45,614 nt of DNA from contig CAJVWH010000002.1 of assembly GCA_913009575.1 (NCBI GenBank), forward strand, positions 1-45,614. The letters run 5' to 3'. The translations under genes and the position numbers were made by a program. This document shows, one piece after another, positions 44,501-45,614 of this stretch. Numbering within the stretch: the first letter of the stretch is position 1; each line of letters starts with the position of its first letter. This DNA is from an uncultured bacterium (GTDB taxonomy: Bacteria > Patescibacteriota > Minisyncoccia > UBA9983). The notes under the pieces were generated by a model. The model was not told where the DNA came from. It was given only the letters and a program-made list of their open reading frames with translations, and made no database searches.

Positions 44501-44994
44501 ACAGCAACTTAATAGGAGGGAACGATTATTCTTACCGCGCAAGAGCCTGCAACAACGACAATTGCTCGTCTTATTCAAATGAAACCGCTTCCACTACTGC
44601 GATAAATTGCTCGGATTTCAATCTTTCAAACTCAAACGCCATTTACTCCACCATTGTTAATGGGCTTGATTCAGTTTCAACGGAAACCGCGATTAGCGCA
44701 ATCAACGTGGTAAATTTTTCAGACAGCATAAATCTGTCAGTTGATTCAATAAGCCCCGCCATTCAAGGAGCCACTTACAACTTTAACGGCATAACATGTT
44801 CCATTGGGGAAATCTGTGACACACTCACGTCTTCTGAATATGCCACGGGTTCGGTATTCAGCGTTAATGTTCCCGGAGATACTAATAAGGGGCTTTATAC
44901 CATAACCATTAAAGGAGAGGGAGGCGGGTTAATCAGAACAACAAAAGTAAATTTAAACATAGAAATTCTTGAACCAAATTGGAGAGAATTTTAG
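41530..44994 (+). CDS. Large secreted protein: right-handed beta-helix, PA14-like and FN3 domains
   Basis: Signal peptide; repeated I.NNII/IYNNTIYN; W.G.I.A..SG.Y.F...L.AGWH...L.W..PG...EIIP (PA14-like); P.AP.NL.A...I.L.W.DNS.NE..F.IER...Y.YR (FN3). Confidence 0.8.
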   Translation: MERVPRIIKKIFVYLFAAPFMGLLFLCPNFNAVSAQTESVSLIREDCTGYTNCYTSLADWEANYGNINFGGCSTGDLVCADKIAVAKIEGAWTNPDTNPLSIAGWNTGPNNYIKIYTTSEARHSGVWNNNAYRIQISTGIAIDNEENYVKIDGLQIKVTSNSSSGYGVLSEGINGGGDVEISNNIIVGPNIVSGPGYDGVGIFMYSNDSDTTHKIWNNIIYNWGSGDSVYGILLWYTNDIAYIYNNTIYNSTLGISADGGNATLKNNISIADFPSTGFYSLENFNIASSTSNASNNGDIPGLNPIILSSGSPNDYFISSTEFHINPTAQYAQEITDAGENLSTDANLAFQNDAGGEIRGAVWDIGADEKDTTPPKRSNGSPQGTIYLVPGPTNKIITLNTDKNATCKYSTSPGINYNSMANIFSATGGTFHSTIVYNLNQGETYSYYVKCQDVLGNANTDDYIINFSVSPIPIGGLWGNYNKLGTDDWTEFKTAKVENIDFLNFDATLLSRIGQINDAEIIWRGAILADTSGTYNFRIDTLGQYSRFDIDDTYLWPRGGWWAYGDKSNSIYLTAGWHFFYLRFQVPSYQSDSQAQLYWTPPGQSEEIIPTDHLSPQLWSNKIITIPDISKPKEQINYITAGVGTADLPNPTIEITLPNNVLKDEVWIIWLNSQNPNITVTNTLSGVSESIVGTRLTTVQGLGLDGVVAKLPQTLIPDSGTLELSFSEQFPSRPAGIGIIVPYVDPSRPLGRISINAMANSIYRRVSPVFIFPVNLEVSNNIQPLFMFSDGETKVTAPGSYRPNYLVMLAGKGAQPSQFDILQNMGGTKIVPQDLSVPIDLNNSNTWYPSFGREGPQFDVVSPNYVPNQWSGAADTGGGQINSISIPLDSAWVAFQIYSSNFDEDGVWGDAESGTSIVGGIFSTLALAKESVPDAPANLTATAGSGTDCETINLNWTDNSTNEIKFEIERKNDGGTFAWIADAPADATSYLDSNLIGGNDYSYRARACNNDNCSSYSNETASTTAINCSDFNLSNSNAIYSTIVNGLDSVSTETAISAINVVNFSDSINLSVDSISPAIQGATYNFNGITCSIGEICDTLTSSEYATGSVFSVNVPGDTNKGLYTITIKGEGGGLIRTTKVNLNIEILEPNWREF

Positions 44995-45008
44995 CTTTCC
45001 CATATATT

Positions 45009-45614
45009 TTATTCTACCACAAGTCCGATCGGAGGAGAGGGAGGGGTGGTGTCAACAATTGGAGTGCTCGCGTACACTCCATTCAGTGTCTTCCATAGCC
45101 CGCCACCTTTAGCACACCCGGAATATCCATTTTCATAAGTAACACTATAGCCGGTTTCTTTGCAAATCCTTGCTTCCATGGGCCACGGCCATAAAGGAGT
45201 GGATGTAAGAGTTCCATCCTGATACCGGTACAAGACTTCAGCTCCTATATCTGAGCCTGACTCACCCTTGCCTTTTAAGGCCGAAGGCACCATTAAATAG
45301 GCACCATTACCATAAGTTGCTGTATCATATGAAGGATTGACATATATCTCACCCGTCCCGGCGGAAGCTAATCCGCCATAATTAGTGGCCATTCCGTAAA
45401 GGTTGTTATATGTATTTGTAAAATATAAAAAGTGGATATTATTATTTACAAAGAATCCCGTTCCTGTTGACAATATAGAGAATATAGATGAGTTTTTAAG
45501 TGTCGTACCAATCCCAAAACCCGGGTTTTTTGTATATGCAGCATCCTCAGCCGACACAAAGGCATTATGTGCAGCATTTACTATCGTCATATGATTTAAT
45601 GTCAATGATTTATC
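45009..45614 (-). CDS. C-terminal part of a secreted beta-helix-like protein, 5'-truncated by window edge
   Basis: Frame open to base 45614; GA.VLYRYQDG.LT..PLWPWPME.RI and terminal DTTPPSPP.GL. Confidence 0.65.
   Translation of the reverse strand, partial: DKSLTLNHMTIVNAAHNAFVSAEDAAYTKNPGFGIGTTLKNSSIFSILSTGTGFFVNNNIHFLYFTNTYNNLYGMATNYGGLASAGTGEIYVNPSYDTATYGNGAYLMVPSALKGKGESGSDIGAEVLYRYQDGTLTSTPLWPWPMEARICKETGYSVTYENGYSGCAKGGGLWKTLNGVYASTPIVDTTPPSPPIGLVVE

Noticed and set aside
1-45614. Alternative genetic code (UGA as Gly)
   Set aside because: Core genes are full length under code 11, TGA ends the gene at 33452, and the murE break is a frameshift ending at TAA.

Overview
AT-rich bacterial chromosomal segment that reads in the standard code 11. 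Gene content and style point to a Patescibacteria/CPR organism, probably Parcubacteria (inference). Housekeeping genes: pnp (partial), rpsO, mutM, holA, polA, nusA, rsmA, galT, ruvX, map, adk, secY, rplO, ruvA, murE, thiI, acyP, cca and a xerC/D-type recombinase. There are five tRNAs, none with an encoded CCA. A 12-gene minus-strand cluster (11.5-23.2 kb) encodes VirB4-, PrgI-, VirB6- and pilin-like proteins of a T4SS, with no relaxase or integrase in the window. Large surface proteins lie at the right end. Most notable signals: (1) short palindromes and heptamer arrays embedded in frame in variable loops of polA, ruvX, xerC, rsmA, mutM and galT, two palindrome types each seen in two genes; (2) a two-gene cassette (DUF1771-like helix plus HExxH protease, and an overlapping small partner) bounded by a perfect 23-bp direct repeat, with Shine-Dalgarno sites that most host genes lack; (3) murE split exactly at an in-frame A_AAA_AAG slippery heptamer; (4) six 9-mer repeats abutting three tandem DnaA boxes near 36 kb; (5) many -10 boxes 6-8 nt before the ATG, implying leaderless mRNAs. 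All protein family calls are from motif recognition by eye; no searches were run.
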